A stretch of DNA of 64,000 nt, taken from assembly GCA_964344935.1 (NCBI GenBank), contig CAYFPL010000013.1, forward strand, positions 27,625 through 91,624. The letters are read 5' to 3'. Numbering within the stretch: position 1 is the stretch's first letter; every line of letters begins with the position of its first letter. The stretch comes from an uncultured Rhodospirillaceae bacterium. Lineage in GTDB: Bacteria > Pseudomonadota > Alphaproteobacteria > GCA-2731375. Position numbers and translations under genes: made by a program. The notes beneath the pieces were generated by a model, which saw only the letters and a program-made list of their open reading frames with translations, made no database searches and was not told where the DNA came from. Positions 28,183-37,402 of the stretch are shown here, in pieces.

Positions 28183-29952
28183 TTGCAGCGCGAGAATCGT
28201 AGACTGGCCGCCGTCGTTTCGGCTGATGTCGCTGGCTACAGCCGGCTCATGGGGCTTGATGAAACGGGTACGTTGCAGCGCCTGAAGGCGCACCGCGCCG
28301 AGTTGATCGATGATATGATCGGCCGGCACGGTGGCCGAATCGTCAAGACGACAGGTGATGGCCTATTGTCGGAGTTCCCCAGCGTCGTCGCCGCCGTCGA
28401 GTGCTGCCTCTCCGTGCAAGCGGGCATGGCCGAGCGTAATGCGGGTATCCCCGACAACGAGGCGATCCGCTTTCGCATCGGCGTGCATCTGGGCGACATC
28501 ATTGTTGATGGTGATGACATCTTCGGTGATGGTGTAAACATCGCGGCGCGCTTGCAGGAGATCGGCGAGGCAGGTGGTGTGACCGTGTCGGCGGTCGTAC
28601 ATGACTATCTGGATGAAGCCACCGCTGCCCGTTTCGTGGATCTGGGCGAACGGGAGTTAAAGAACATCCGTCGTGCGGTTCGAACCTGGCAATGGCGCCT
28701 GGCCGAAGCATCGCCCGTCAGCAGCGTTGATGTGTCGCAACAAGTAGCGGGTTTTGATGGCAGGCCCGCCATTGCGGTGCTGCCATTCGAGAACATGTCG
28801 GGCGATCCGGAACAGGAATACTTCGCCGATGGGATTGCCGACGACATCCTGACACGTCTTTCGATGTGGCGGTTGCTGCCTGTCATAGCGCGAAACTCAA
28901 GTTTCATTTTCAAGGGACGCAACGTCGACATTAAGGAAGTCGGCGAATTGCTGGGCGCGCGTTACGTGCTTGAAGGCAGCGTGCGCAGGGCCGGCGATCG
29001 ACTACGGATCTCGGCGCAACTCATCGATGCAGAAAGTAGCCATCACCTCTGGGCTGATCGCTTCGATGGGGCGGTCGATGATGTCTTCGAATTTCAGGAC
29101 GAGATCACCGATCTCGTGGTTGCCGCGCTGGAAGCTGTTGTCGGCAACGCGGAGCGGCAACGGGCTCGCAAACAAAATCCGAAAAACCTCGGTGCCTGGG
29201 AGCTCTGTCATCGCGGCTGCTGGCATTTGAACCGATTAAATAGGGATGACATTGTCGCCGCAGAGAAGTTGCTACAACAGGCCATCGATATAGAGCCGGA
29301 TTTCGGATACGCGCTCGGCCAATTGGCCCTGGCTAGTGTCTATAAGGTGTTTTTCGGCTGGACCGATGATGTCACCGCCGAACTGGAACTGGCCAAGGTG
29401 AAAGCTCAACAGGCACGGTCCGCAGACGAACTGGAACCGATTAGCCATACCATCCTGTCGTTTGTTCATATGTTTGCGGGCGAACACGCGGCTGCGCGCG
29501 TGGCGGCGCAAAAGGCCATCGACCTCAATCCCAGTCTGCCAATGGCTTACCATGCCATGGGCGCCGCTGTCGGTCTTGATGGAGATCCGGATGGCGGTAT
29601 CGAGCTGTTTATGCAGGGCCAAAGGCTTAGCCCGGACGATCCAAATGCACAATTCCGCCTTGGCGGCATCGCCGGACTGCATATCGCGGCAGGGCGCTAC
29701 GAACAGGCGCTGGAATATGCCGAGCGGGTAACCCAGATGGCGCCGGGCTTTCCCGTTGGGCATCTCAGAAAGGCCGTCGCCTTGGCCGAGTTGGGGCGCG
29801 GCGAGGACGCCGAAGCGGCGCTGGGGGAGTACTTGCGATTCTCGCCGAAGGCAACCGTTCAGTCGGCCCTGACGACGCTTCGGCTCAGTCGTGCCGAGGA
29901 TGTCGCGCGCTACGCCAATTCCCTGCGCAAGGCCGGCCTGCCCGAACAGTAG
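28183..29952 (+). CDS. Cyclase-TolB-like-TPR paralog 3
   Basis: RRLAAVVSADVAGYSRLMGLDETGT...VLPFENMSGDPEQEYFADG plus the TPR tail. TTG start. Confidence 0.8.
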   Translation: MQRENRRLAAVVSADVAGYSRLMGLDETGTLQRLKAHRAELIDDMIGRHGGRIVKTTGDGLLSEFPSVVAAVECCLSVQAGMAERNAGIPDNEAIRFRIGVHLGDIIVDGDDIFGDGVNIAARLQEIGEAGGVTVSAVVHDYLDEATAARFVDLGERELKNIRRAVRTWQWRLAEASPVSSVDVSQQVAGFDGRPAIAVLPFENMSGDPEQEYFADGIADDILTRLSMWRLLPVIARNSSFIFKGRNVDIKEVGELLGARYVLEGSVRRAGDRLRISAQLIDAESSHHLWADRFDGAVDDVFEFQDEITDLVVAALEAVVGNAERQRARKQNPKNLGAWELCHRGCWHLNRLNRDDIVAAEKLLQQAIDIEPDFGYALGQLALASVYKVFFGWTDDVTAELELAKVKAQQARSADELEPISHTILSFVHMFAGEHAAARVAAQKAIDLNPSLPMAYHAMGAAVGLDGDPDGGIELFMQGQRLSPDDPNAQFRLGGIAGLHIAAGRYEQALEYAERVTQMAPGFPVGHLRKAVALAELGRGEDAEAALGEYLRFSPKATVQSALTTLRLSRAEDVARYANSLRKAGLPEQ

Positions 29953-30050
29953 GTCATCGCACGAGGTCATCGAACGCAGCAGTAGCCGTGCGGCTTACGT
30001 ATTTGATATCTCAAACCACCGCCATTTTCGCTGACTAGCCCCCCGTTTCG

Positions 30051-30145
30051 ACGTCATCATCGACGTTGAAACCTATACTGCCCGGAACGCCCAGGGCCGG
30101 GCCCACGTGGCGGGGCGGATGGAATAGCGGTGTGACTTGCGACCG
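30051..30145 (+). repeat. R4: short degenerate copy of the dehydratase 3' end (last recognisable copy in the array)
   Basis: atcatcgacgttgaaacctatactgcccggaacgcccagggccgggcccacgtggcggggcggatggaatag aligns with native 14246-14317. Confidence 0.75.
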
Positions 30146-30232
30146 CCGAAACGCTATGGAGGCAGATTGGTCTGGGCTGAGTTGCCGCCTACGATCGCTT
30201 TGCGCCGGCAGCGCGCATCGGCTGGATGATCC

Positions 30233-31039
30233 CTACGCCGGCTTTGATGCGGTGAACGCTGCGTAGGCCATGTAACCGAAGAACGCACCCTGTTGCGCCC
30301 GCCAACGCCCCTCCGCCTTCAGGGCCTCGGCGAAATTTTCACTGATCCGGCCCTGTGCCGCCAAGGCGTCGGCACCCCGATCGATCCACGTCATGGTCAG
30401 CGCAGGCGATAAGGTTTCGACCAGGCCATAGCTTTTCAGCGGCGATACGACGAAGCCGACGTCCTGAGCCAGGGCGGTCATCCTTCGGACCAACCACTTG
30501 TCATTGACAAAGTTGTCCACGAACGCGGCCGTGCAGGCTTCCAATGGGTCGCCATCGCCGGTTTGCAGTGTCGCGGTGGAGAAATCGCCATCGCACACCC
30601 CGAGATAGCCACCGGGTTTCAGCACGCGATAGGCTTCGGCCAGATAGTCTTCGGGGCCTGGAACGTGGGTGAGCAGGGTGTGCAGAACGACGGCATCGAA
30701 TGTGCCATCGGGAAACCGCAAAGCCTTGCCGTCGCCAACCTCGTAGGTGATTCCGTCTTCATCTGCCGATAGCGACCGCGCCTTATCGATAAACACCTCA
30801 GACGGGTCAATGCCCGTTATGTTGCCTCCATTGACGATTTCGGCCAACACACGGCAGATCGGCCCCGTTCCGCATCCGACTTCCAAAACGCTCGCGCCAT
30901 CGGACAATGGAATGTCCGAAAGATAGTCCCTTGTCATTTCCTGTTGCGAGGGAATTGCGGCGCGGGTCTCCAGAACATTGGCGATGACCTCGAGCATTTC
31001 ATCCGGCGCATTGGTGATGCTGGCAAATATGTCAGGCAT
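30233..31039 (-). CDS. Class I SAM-dependent methyltransferase
   Basis: VLEVGCGTG motif I and VLKPGGYL post-I motif. The start was moved to the internal ATG. Confidence 0.7.
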   Translation of the reverse strand: MPDIFASITNAPDEMLEVIANVLETRAAIPSQQEMTRDYLSDIPLSDGASVLEVGCGTGPICRVLAEIVNGGNITGIDPSEVFIDKARSLSADEDGITYEVGDGKALRFPDGTFDAVVLHTLLTHVPGPEDYLAEAYRVLKPGGYLGVCDGDFSTATLQTGDGDPLEACTAAFVDNFVNDKWLVRRMTALAQDVGFVVSPLKSYGLVETLSPALTMTWIDRGADALAAQGRISENFAEALKAEGRWRAQQGAFFGYMAYAAFTASKPA

Positions 31040-31404
31040 GACATGACCTCCATCCGCTTGTCGGCCGCAAACCGACCATTCTGACGCCAAGCCTATCCGC
31101 TTGCGTCCGCCATTGTCGAACCGTCTGTCCTTGGTGGCGAAAGCTGAAAGAGCCGCTCGCGCGTCATTGCGTAAAGAGGCAGGTTGCGGACGATATGACG
31201 TCCTGGTAGCGCTGAAGTGTGAATTTCAAGGGACGCTTTTGCGTGTCGAAATCCGGAAACAACCATATTCGGTTCGTGGCGGCGCCACTAGGGTAGGCGG
31301 ATCCGAGCAACCTCCTTCCTTCGACAGGCTGGTTTGTTTGTGCGGCCCGGTCTATCTATTTTGAGCGGACATAAGCCATCAGAATGCGATTGGAGAACGC
31401 CGTT

Positions 31405-32409
31405 ATGCGTTTTGCGATTATCGGCTATCGAAACCATGCGGCCCGCCTTCGGGGTCTGTTGGCCGACATAGAAGCGGTATCCGAAATTATCGTATTCCAT
31501 CCCGACAGCGACCGCCTCCGGGACCTGGAAGCCGACAGCGCTCATGCGGCGATCACGGCGACGTCGGATTTCGACCAATTGCGGGATTGTGCCGGCGTTC
31601 TGATCAGTTCGCCCAGCGATAGCCATCGCCAATATATTGAACAGCTCCTGCGCTTGGGCGACATGGCCATCTTTTGCGAGAAGCCCATTGCAACGACGCC
31701 GGAAGACCTCAATTGGCTGCGCAAACTGCCTACCACGGCCAAGAGAAGACTCTTCTGCAATCAAAGCTATGCCCACAACGCGTTCAGCCGCCAAGCGGCC
31801 GAACTGATCGAAAGCGGCCGGGCCGGACAGCCGCGGCATCTGGAAATCAATGCCACCCATGGCCTCGCCTTCAATCCGTCATTTGAGGGCAATTGGCGGT
31901 TTCGAACCCGGGATCCCTTCGCCTCGATTGTCGGCAACCTCGGCGTCCACTATGTCTATCTCGTGCTGCGCCTGTTTGGCGAACCGGACCGCATCATCTG
32001 TCACAAATCTCGCGGCAATCCCAACAGCGTCGATGCCGATACCTGCGCGATATTGATGACGCTGCCCGCGGGACAATCGGTTTCGATCTATGTGTCCTAT
32101 GCCACGCCTTTTACCAACACCGCGCGATTGCTGTTCACGGATGGCATTCTGCACCTGGACGATGGCTGCTTGCGCCTCTATTCGCCGAGGGACAGCTTTG
32201 ATGCCGATGGCCGATATGCCACGCCGCCCCATGAGGAGATCTGCCGCTTTGACTCCTACAAGGCCTTCGCCGATCAATCATTGCAGCGCGCATTGCGCGA
32301 CTTCGTCGCTGGTCTCGATGACGACACGGGCTATTCCGAAGAAGCCTTCGCCATGGCCATCAGGAGCGCGGAACTGGTGCTGCAGATGTACGGCGATGAG
32401 CCAACTTGA
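31405..32409 (+). CDS. Gfo/Idh/MocA-family oxidoreductase
   Basis: MRFAIIGYRNHA N-terminal Rossmann motif and the EKP motif FCEKPIAT. Confidence 0.75.
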   Translation: MRFAIIGYRNHAARLRGLLADIEAVSEIIVFHPDSDRLRDLEADSAHAAITATSDFDQLRDCAGVLISSPSDSHRQYIEQLLRLGDMAIFCEKPIATTPEDLNWLRKLPTTAKRRLFCNQSYAHNAFSRQAAELIESGRAGQPRHLEINATHGLAFNPSFEGNWRFRTRDPFASIVGNLGVHYVYLVLRLFGEPDRIICHKSRGNPNSVDADTCAILMTLPAGQSVSIYVSYATPFTNTARLLFTDGILHLDDGCLRLYSPRDSFDADGRYATPPHEEICRFDSYKAFADQSLQRALRDFVAGLDDDTGYSEEAFAMAIRSAELVLQMYGDEPT

Positions 32410-32565
32410 ATGCGGGTTGTAGGAGCCGTCACAGCCGGTTGGACAATGAACCATCCTAGCTTTGCGGATGAACATATGCATGGGCGTTTCGCTCGCTGTC
32501 ATTGACATAATATTGCGGCTGTGCAACCGTTTTTTTGAGGGCATGACATTATCCGGAGATTGAAG

Positions 32566-32853
32566 ATGTTGACAAAGATGGTTTTGCCAGCAGCGGCATT
32601 GGTAATGGGTTTTGCTATCGGATCGGTTCAGGCGGCAGAAAAATTTTCCGTGCTGGATGATGTATCCGCCCAGGCGTTGACGCAAAAACAGATGGCTCAA
32701 GTCGAAGGCATGGGAGGTAAACTTGTGGTTGTGCCGCTCGCGGCGAAAAATGGCGCTCATAATTCCACTAACAAACGCGGAAATCACCTAATTGCGACTG
32801 GTAAGGGGGGCTGCCCAGGTCAAGGCTGTGGCGTGCTAAGAAAACGTAGATAG
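32566..32853 (+). CDS. Small exported peptide (95 aa) with Sec signal peptide and an internal double-glycine motif
   Basis: A GGAG RBS sits 7 nt upstream of the ATG. The signal peptide is MLTKMVLPAAALVMGFAIGSVQA|AE. Then ...ALTQKQMAQVEGMGG|KLVVVPL... and a Cys-containing basic C-terminus CPGQGCGVLRKRR. Confidence 0.4.
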   Translation: MLTKMVLPAAALVMGFAIGSVQAAEKFSVLDDVSAQALTQKQMAQVEGMGGKLVVVPLAAKNGAHNSTNKRGNHLIATGKGGCPGQGCGVLRKRR

Positions 32854-33090
32854 GCCTTAAACAAAACTTGGCGCAATAGAACTGAAGTTTGGTATTTGGC
32901 TCATGCATTGAGTCATTCCCGCTATCGCAAATAACCTGATTGGGACGTTGGTAAAGGTATTGGCGGGGAGACAGTAGGAAACGTTCTCGCGGCTGCGCTT
33001 TGATTAGCGCGGCCGCTATTTTTCGGGGTGGGAAAGACCGTGCCTTGGTGCCACCATGGTTGCTCTCTATACTTCCGCGCTAATACGAAA

Positions 33091-33843
33091 ATGGCTTTCG
33101 GTCTCACCATGAATAGCCTTGTCCGTCGGATTTGGATGCGTTCCGTGCTCCACTTGGCGCTCACGTTGATGTTTGCTGTGACGCCGTACCAGGCGATAGC
33201 GACCACCGTGGAAATCGGGTCAGGGCTGCGGGTTCATGTTCCCTTGAAATCATGGCGAGCCCTGCGGGACGAGAACCTCGTCATCCAGCGCTTTGACTAT
33301 TCTTGCGGGTCCGCCGCGTTGGCAACCCTTATGCGCTATGCCCATGGCCGCACGGTCGGCGAGAAGGCGATCCTGGATACGGTCTTTCAAACGCTGCCGC
33401 GCCAAGACAGGCGTGCGCGAAAGGAGAAAGGCTTGTCCCTTTTGGACCTGCAGCGCGCGGCCGAACATTACGGTTTCCATGCCCAGGGGTTCAAGCTGCG
33501 GGCGGATCAATTGCCCAAGCTCAAGGGTCCGGTCATCGTCTTCATCAGTCCCGGCGGCTACGATCATTTCGCCGTGCTGCGCGGCGTGCGCGGCGGACGG
33601 GTCTACCTGGCGGATCCATCGTCGGGTAACGTCCGAATGCCCGCCTACCGGTTCCTCGAAAGTTGGTTGGGCAGCGATGGCAAGGGCATAATTTTTGCCA
33701 TTCAGCGCAAGGATCCTCGCAGCGATCAACCAACCAAACTCAAGCCCTTGGGCGATGGCTTGGCGCAGCCGGAAATCCTGGCAGCGCGGCAAATGCTGGC
33801 GGTCGGCAACCTGCTCACCCGCATGCCCGCGTTACGACGCTAA
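33091..33843 (+). CDS. Peptidase C39-like domain protein, stand-alone, with signal peptide (predicted periplasmic)
   Basis: QRFDYSCGSAALATLMRYAHG matches the C39 Q...C-G-x-A-A-L active-site region. Downstream HFAVLRG provides a candidate catalytic His. N-terminal hydrophobic leader. Confidence 0.6.
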   Translation: MAFGLTMNSLVRRIWMRSVLHLALTLMFAVTPYQAIATTVEIGSGLRVHVPLKSWRALRDENLVIQRFDYSCGSAALATLMRYAHGRTVGEKAILDTVFQTLPRQDRRARKEKGLSLLDLQRAAEHYGFHAQGFKLRADQLPKLKGPVIVFISPGGYDHFAVLRGVRGGRVYLADPSSGNVRMPAYRFLESWLGSDGKGIIFAIQRKDPRSDQPTKLKPLGDGLAQPEILAARQMLAVGNLLTRMPALRR

Positions 33844-33858
33844 TGGCATGTTGACGAC

Positions 33859-35187
33859 ATGAAGCGCGGCCCGAACAAACGCGCGCGTACCTGTTCTGGC
33901 GTCTTCATGGCGGCGGTATTGTGCACGCAATTGTTGTGGGGCACTCCCGTCTTTGCCGGGCAGAAGGGCGTGCGGCCAGAGGTACTTACGCTTGCCGAGA
34001 CGGCGGCGTTCCTGCGTGTGTCGGAAAACGAAATCGTAAGACTGGCCAGCTTGCGTCAACTGCCGGCCCGTAAAATTGGTGGTCAGTGGCGCTTTAGCCG
34101 GAGGGCTTTGCTGGGCTGGCTTGCCGGCAAGCCCATTTCAAGTGATGCCGGCGAAATCGAACGGCAAACCGTTGCAACGGCCCGTCCTGGCTATCCCCCG
34201 TTGTTGCCTCCCGGTTACCGCCAGCCAGTTGTCGGAGGGCGCAACAGGGAACAAATCGGCCAGGGGGCGCTGTTGACGAGTTCGCCTCAACTGGCACCCA
34301 TGGCCATGGCACAAATCAAAGGCCGTGGCACGGACGTGGCACAGGCCGCGCCGGCTTCGCGCGCACCGCCAAGCCAACCGATCGGCGAAGCCTCCAATGT
34401 AGAAACGGCAGATGACATATTTCTGCGCGATCAACGTGTGCTACTTGGTGCCGACGAAGTCACACTGGAATTCGGGCAGTTCTATGCCCACCGGGATGAA
34501 CCGACATTGACGCTGGTGGCCGGTGGCGTCGGGCTAGGGAGCCTTGAGACCGACACGTTCATCACCCAGATGGCTGCACGCTATGGGCTAACACCAAACG
34601 TCGAACTGTTCGCGAGCGTCCCGTTCTCGCACCGCACCACCAAGGTTTTCATTGGCAATTTAAAAACCAGCGAGACTGACGTTACTGAATTCGGGACAAT
34701 CAGTCTGGGCGCACGGGGGACCGTGTTGCGCGAGGGCACGGGGGTGCCGGAAATTGTGCTTACCCTACAATCCGGCATTCCGACGGGAGAGGCGTCCTAT
34801 TCCCTTGGCGGCGGCATGGCGCTGATCAAGAGCTACGACCCAGCCATTCTTTTCGCCGGTCTGAACTACACACATACCTTCAGTCGTGATTTTTCCGATG
34901 TAACCCGGCTGGAGCCGGAAGACACGGTCGATGGGTCCTTGGGATTTGCATTTGCCCTTAACGAAACATTGCTATTGAGCACTTCACTTTCGGGGATTAT
35001 CTCGGCGGCAACAGATTTCCCCGCGGCGAAATTGCGGCAGAGTGAATCCTTCAGCCTAAAGTTCGGACTGACCACACAATTGCTTCCGGGCCTCTACATC
35101 GAACCGACGGCGAGTTTCGGACTCGACGGTCCCGGCAATAGCTTCGTCCTTGGCGTCAGCGTCCCCTACAGCTTTCCCGTCAAATAG
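33859..35187 (+). CDS. Signal-peptide protein fusing an excisionase-family HTH (HTH_17-like) to a C-terminal outer-membrane beta-barrel-like domain
   Basis: LTLAETAAFLRVSENEIVRLASLRQLPARKIGGQWRFSRRALLGWL matches the HTH_17 consensus. The C-terminal ~250 aa have alternating hydrophobic beta-strand character and end in YSFPVK, typical of OM barrels. Confidence 0.5.
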   Translation: MKRGPNKRARTCSGVFMAAVLCTQLLWGTPVFAGQKGVRPEVLTLAETAAFLRVSENEIVRLASLRQLPARKIGGQWRFSRRALLGWLAGKPISSDAGEIERQTVATARPGYPPLLPPGYRQPVVGGRNREQIGQGALLTSSPQLAPMAMAQIKGRGTDVAQAAPASRAPPSQPIGEASNVETADDIFLRDQRVLLGADEVTLEFGQFYAHRDEPTLTLVAGGVGLGSLETDTFITQMAARYGLTPNVELFASVPFSHRTTKVFIGNLKTSETDVTEFGTISLGARGTVLREGTGVPEIVLTLQSGIPTGEASYSLGGGMALIKSYDPAILFAGLNYTHTFSRDFSDVTRLEPEDTVDGSLGFAFALNETLLLSTSLSGIISAATDFPAAKLRQSESFSLKFGLTTQLLPGLYIEPTASFGLDGPGNSFVLGVSVPYSFPVK

Positions 35188-35382
35188 CCCTCGTCACTAT
35201 TCGGGTTCTCGGGCAGACGTCAGCAGATATCGAACCCACGCCCGCTCCGGCGGACGATCATTGTGTTGACCGGGGGAAGCTCGGTTAAAGCCTCCTTAAT
35301 CCTATCGATTTACCATTCCAAGTCATTGCGATTGACGCCTGAGCCGAACGCGCCGAACAACGGGGACACCGCCTTTGCCATG

Positions 35383-36639
35383 AGCAGCGATGTGCAAGAT
35401 CAGTATGAGGCCTATCCCTATCCGCTGCGTGATCCGGAGACCGAAGATCCACACGCGCACATCGACGTGACGCCCGGCCATCTTTTCGAAGTGAACCAGT
35501 TCGTCTTTGACGGCGGGCTTGGCGCCGGGCGCCCATTCCGTGCCCTGTATGCAGGCGGCGGCACGGGCGATGGCACCTTGTTGGCGGCCATTCAGGCGAT
35601 TGCCATGGGTCTGCCCGGCGAAGTCGTGCATCTAGACATATCCGCCGCCTCTATCGCCATCGCCAGGCAGCGGGCCGAGCTGCGGGGGCTGGACAACATA
35701 CGATTTGTCCAGGGTTCGCTTCTGGATGTGGAGGATATGGGGCTCGGCACCTTCGACTATATCGATTGCTCCGGTGTGCTGCATCACCTGGCCGATCCCG
35801 ATGCCGGCCTGCGCTCCTTGTGCGGCGTCCTGGCGGCGGGCGGCGGCATTGGTCTGCTGCTCTATGGCGAATATGGCCGCACCGGGCTTTATCACATTCA
35901 ACATGGGCTGCGTATCCTGAACAAGGCACTGCCGGCGCCGCAGGCGATCGAACGGGCCCGGCGCTTCATCGCCGGATTGCCGCCGACCGCCTGGGCCAAC
36001 CGCAATCCACAGCTTGCCGGCGATCATGCCAACCTTGACGACACCGAGTTCTACGACCGCTATCTGCACAGCCAGGACCGGGCCTATACGGTGGGGCAAC
36101 TCTATGAAATGGCCAGGGGGTGCGGCCTCGAGGTGACCGCACTGGTTACGCCGGGGCGCTACGACCCCCTGTCCTATCTGCCGGACGAGGAGCTTGCCGA
36201 ACAGGCGAAAATGCTGTCGCCGGCACAGGCGGCGGAATTGGCGGAGCTGATGGACGGCGAGATGGCGATGCACTCGTTTTATCTGCGGCCCCGCAGAGAT
36301 GTGCCGCAGTCACCCATTGGGCCAGGATTGGCAGAGGCCATTCCCGCGCTGCGCCACCAGGATGGGGCCGAGTTGGCCGTCAAGCTGCCGCTCGGCACGG
36401 CGCTGTCAAGAAACTACGGCGGCCGCGAGATCAACTTCGAAATGCTGGCCACCTCATCCGCCATCATTGCGCTGATCGACGGCCGGCGTAACCTTCGCGA
36501 AATTCACGCTGCCCTAGTGGACAAATTCCCCGGGTTGACCTGGCCAGCCTTCATGCAGGATTTCGCCTATCTGTATGAAGTGTTGCACCGGCATATGTTC
36601 CAGCTATTCCTGAGTCGCGTGCCGGTCGGCGGCAGCTAG
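35383..36639 (+). CDS. Class I SAM-dependent methyltransferase with C-terminal extension
   Basis: LYAGGGTGDGTL motif I and VHLDIS. The start is uncertain; the ORF opens at 35263. Confidence 0.65.
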   Translation, partial: SSDVQDQYEAYPYPLRDPETEDPHAHIDVTPGHLFEVNQFVFDGGLGAGRPFRALYAGGGTGDGTLLAAIQAIAMGLPGEVVHLDISAASIAIARQRAELRGLDNIRFVQGSLLDVEDMGLGTFDYIDCSGVLHHLADPDAGLRSLCGVLAAGGGIGLLLYGEYGRTGLYHIQHGLRILNKALPAPQAIERARRFIAGLPPTAWANRNPQLAGDHANLDDTEFYDRYLHSQDRAYTVGQLYEMARGCGLEVTALVTPGRYDPLSYLPDEELAEQAKMLSPAQAAELAELMDGEMAMHSFYLRPRRDVPQSPIGPGLAEAIPALRHQDGAELAVKLPLGTALSRNYGGREINFEMLATSSAIIALIDGRRNLREIHAALVDKFPGLTWPAFMQDFAYLYEVLHRHMFQLFLSRVPVGGS

Positions 36640-36827
36640 CCGCCCCACCGGTCGTCCGGCAGGCGTCATCTTTCGACCAATGTCTGCGTTGGAGCAATGC
36701 CGGCCTTTCGATATCATTTGCCGCCACTTCCGGCGTCGATACCGGGAAACGTCGTACCGCCGGAAATCAACCGTTCATGGACAAGCGCAACATGGACGTG
36801 TCTTAATTGGCCGATTGAGGCCAATAA

Positions 36828-37217
36828 TTGGCGGAAGCCGCAATGCTTTCTGAAGTTCGGTATGACAAGGCGGACAATGTCGTACGAGTGACGATTTCGG
36901 AGGACCTTACGCAAAAAGATTTCCGGGATGCGTTGCGGAAAATTACGGCATCTGTGGACCATCCACCCAACGTGAATGTCATTTGGGACCTGCAAAACGT
37001 AAATTTTTTCAATGTCGACATTCAGCTGTTATCAAAGTTGAAGGACGTAAGGGATGAGTACGCGGCAATGCGAAACGCGTCGCGTGCGGCCATTCTTGTT
37101 CCCGGTTTCATCGAAGGGTCTTTGATGAAGATGTTTAGTGACATTGCGAACACACCTTCCGGACACATCAAAATTGTCACAACCCCCGCCGATGCCGAAG
37201 GCTGGTGTGTCGGTTGA
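36828..37217 (+). CDS. STAS/SpoIIAA-like domain protein (putative anti-sigma-factor antagonist fold)
   Basis: Pattern VRVTISEDLT...VNVIWDLQNVNFFNVDIQLLSKL resembles STAS. This is a weak call. Confidence 0.4.
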   Translation: MAEAAMLSEVRYDKADNVVRVTISEDLTQKDFRDALRKITASVDHPPNVNVIWDLQNVNFFNVDIQLLSKLKDVRDEYAAMRNASRAAILVPGFIEGSLMKMFSDIANTPSGHIKIVTTPADAEGWCVG

Positions 37218-37402
37218 GCTAACGTTGCCGACCGTTGCGAACAATCGATTGGTTCGCATCGTGGCTATCAATTCACAAAAATGCACACCTTGAGATTTGG
37301 CAGCAACTACCTTTGGGCTTGCCGGTCCTAGAGGCGTTCAAAGGAGATCTCGCGAATTCCGATAGAAACGGCGCCGCCTTCATTCAGTTCGTCCCTGTAT
37401 CT

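Noticed and set aside
14236-30145. Whether the regularly recurring repeats could be a CRISPR array or integron attC sites
   Set aside because: The repeats are 100-300 bp, degenerate and spaced 1.6-6 kb apart with full-length genes between them. No cas or intI gene is present, and the repeat is homologous to a host gene 3' end, not to attC.
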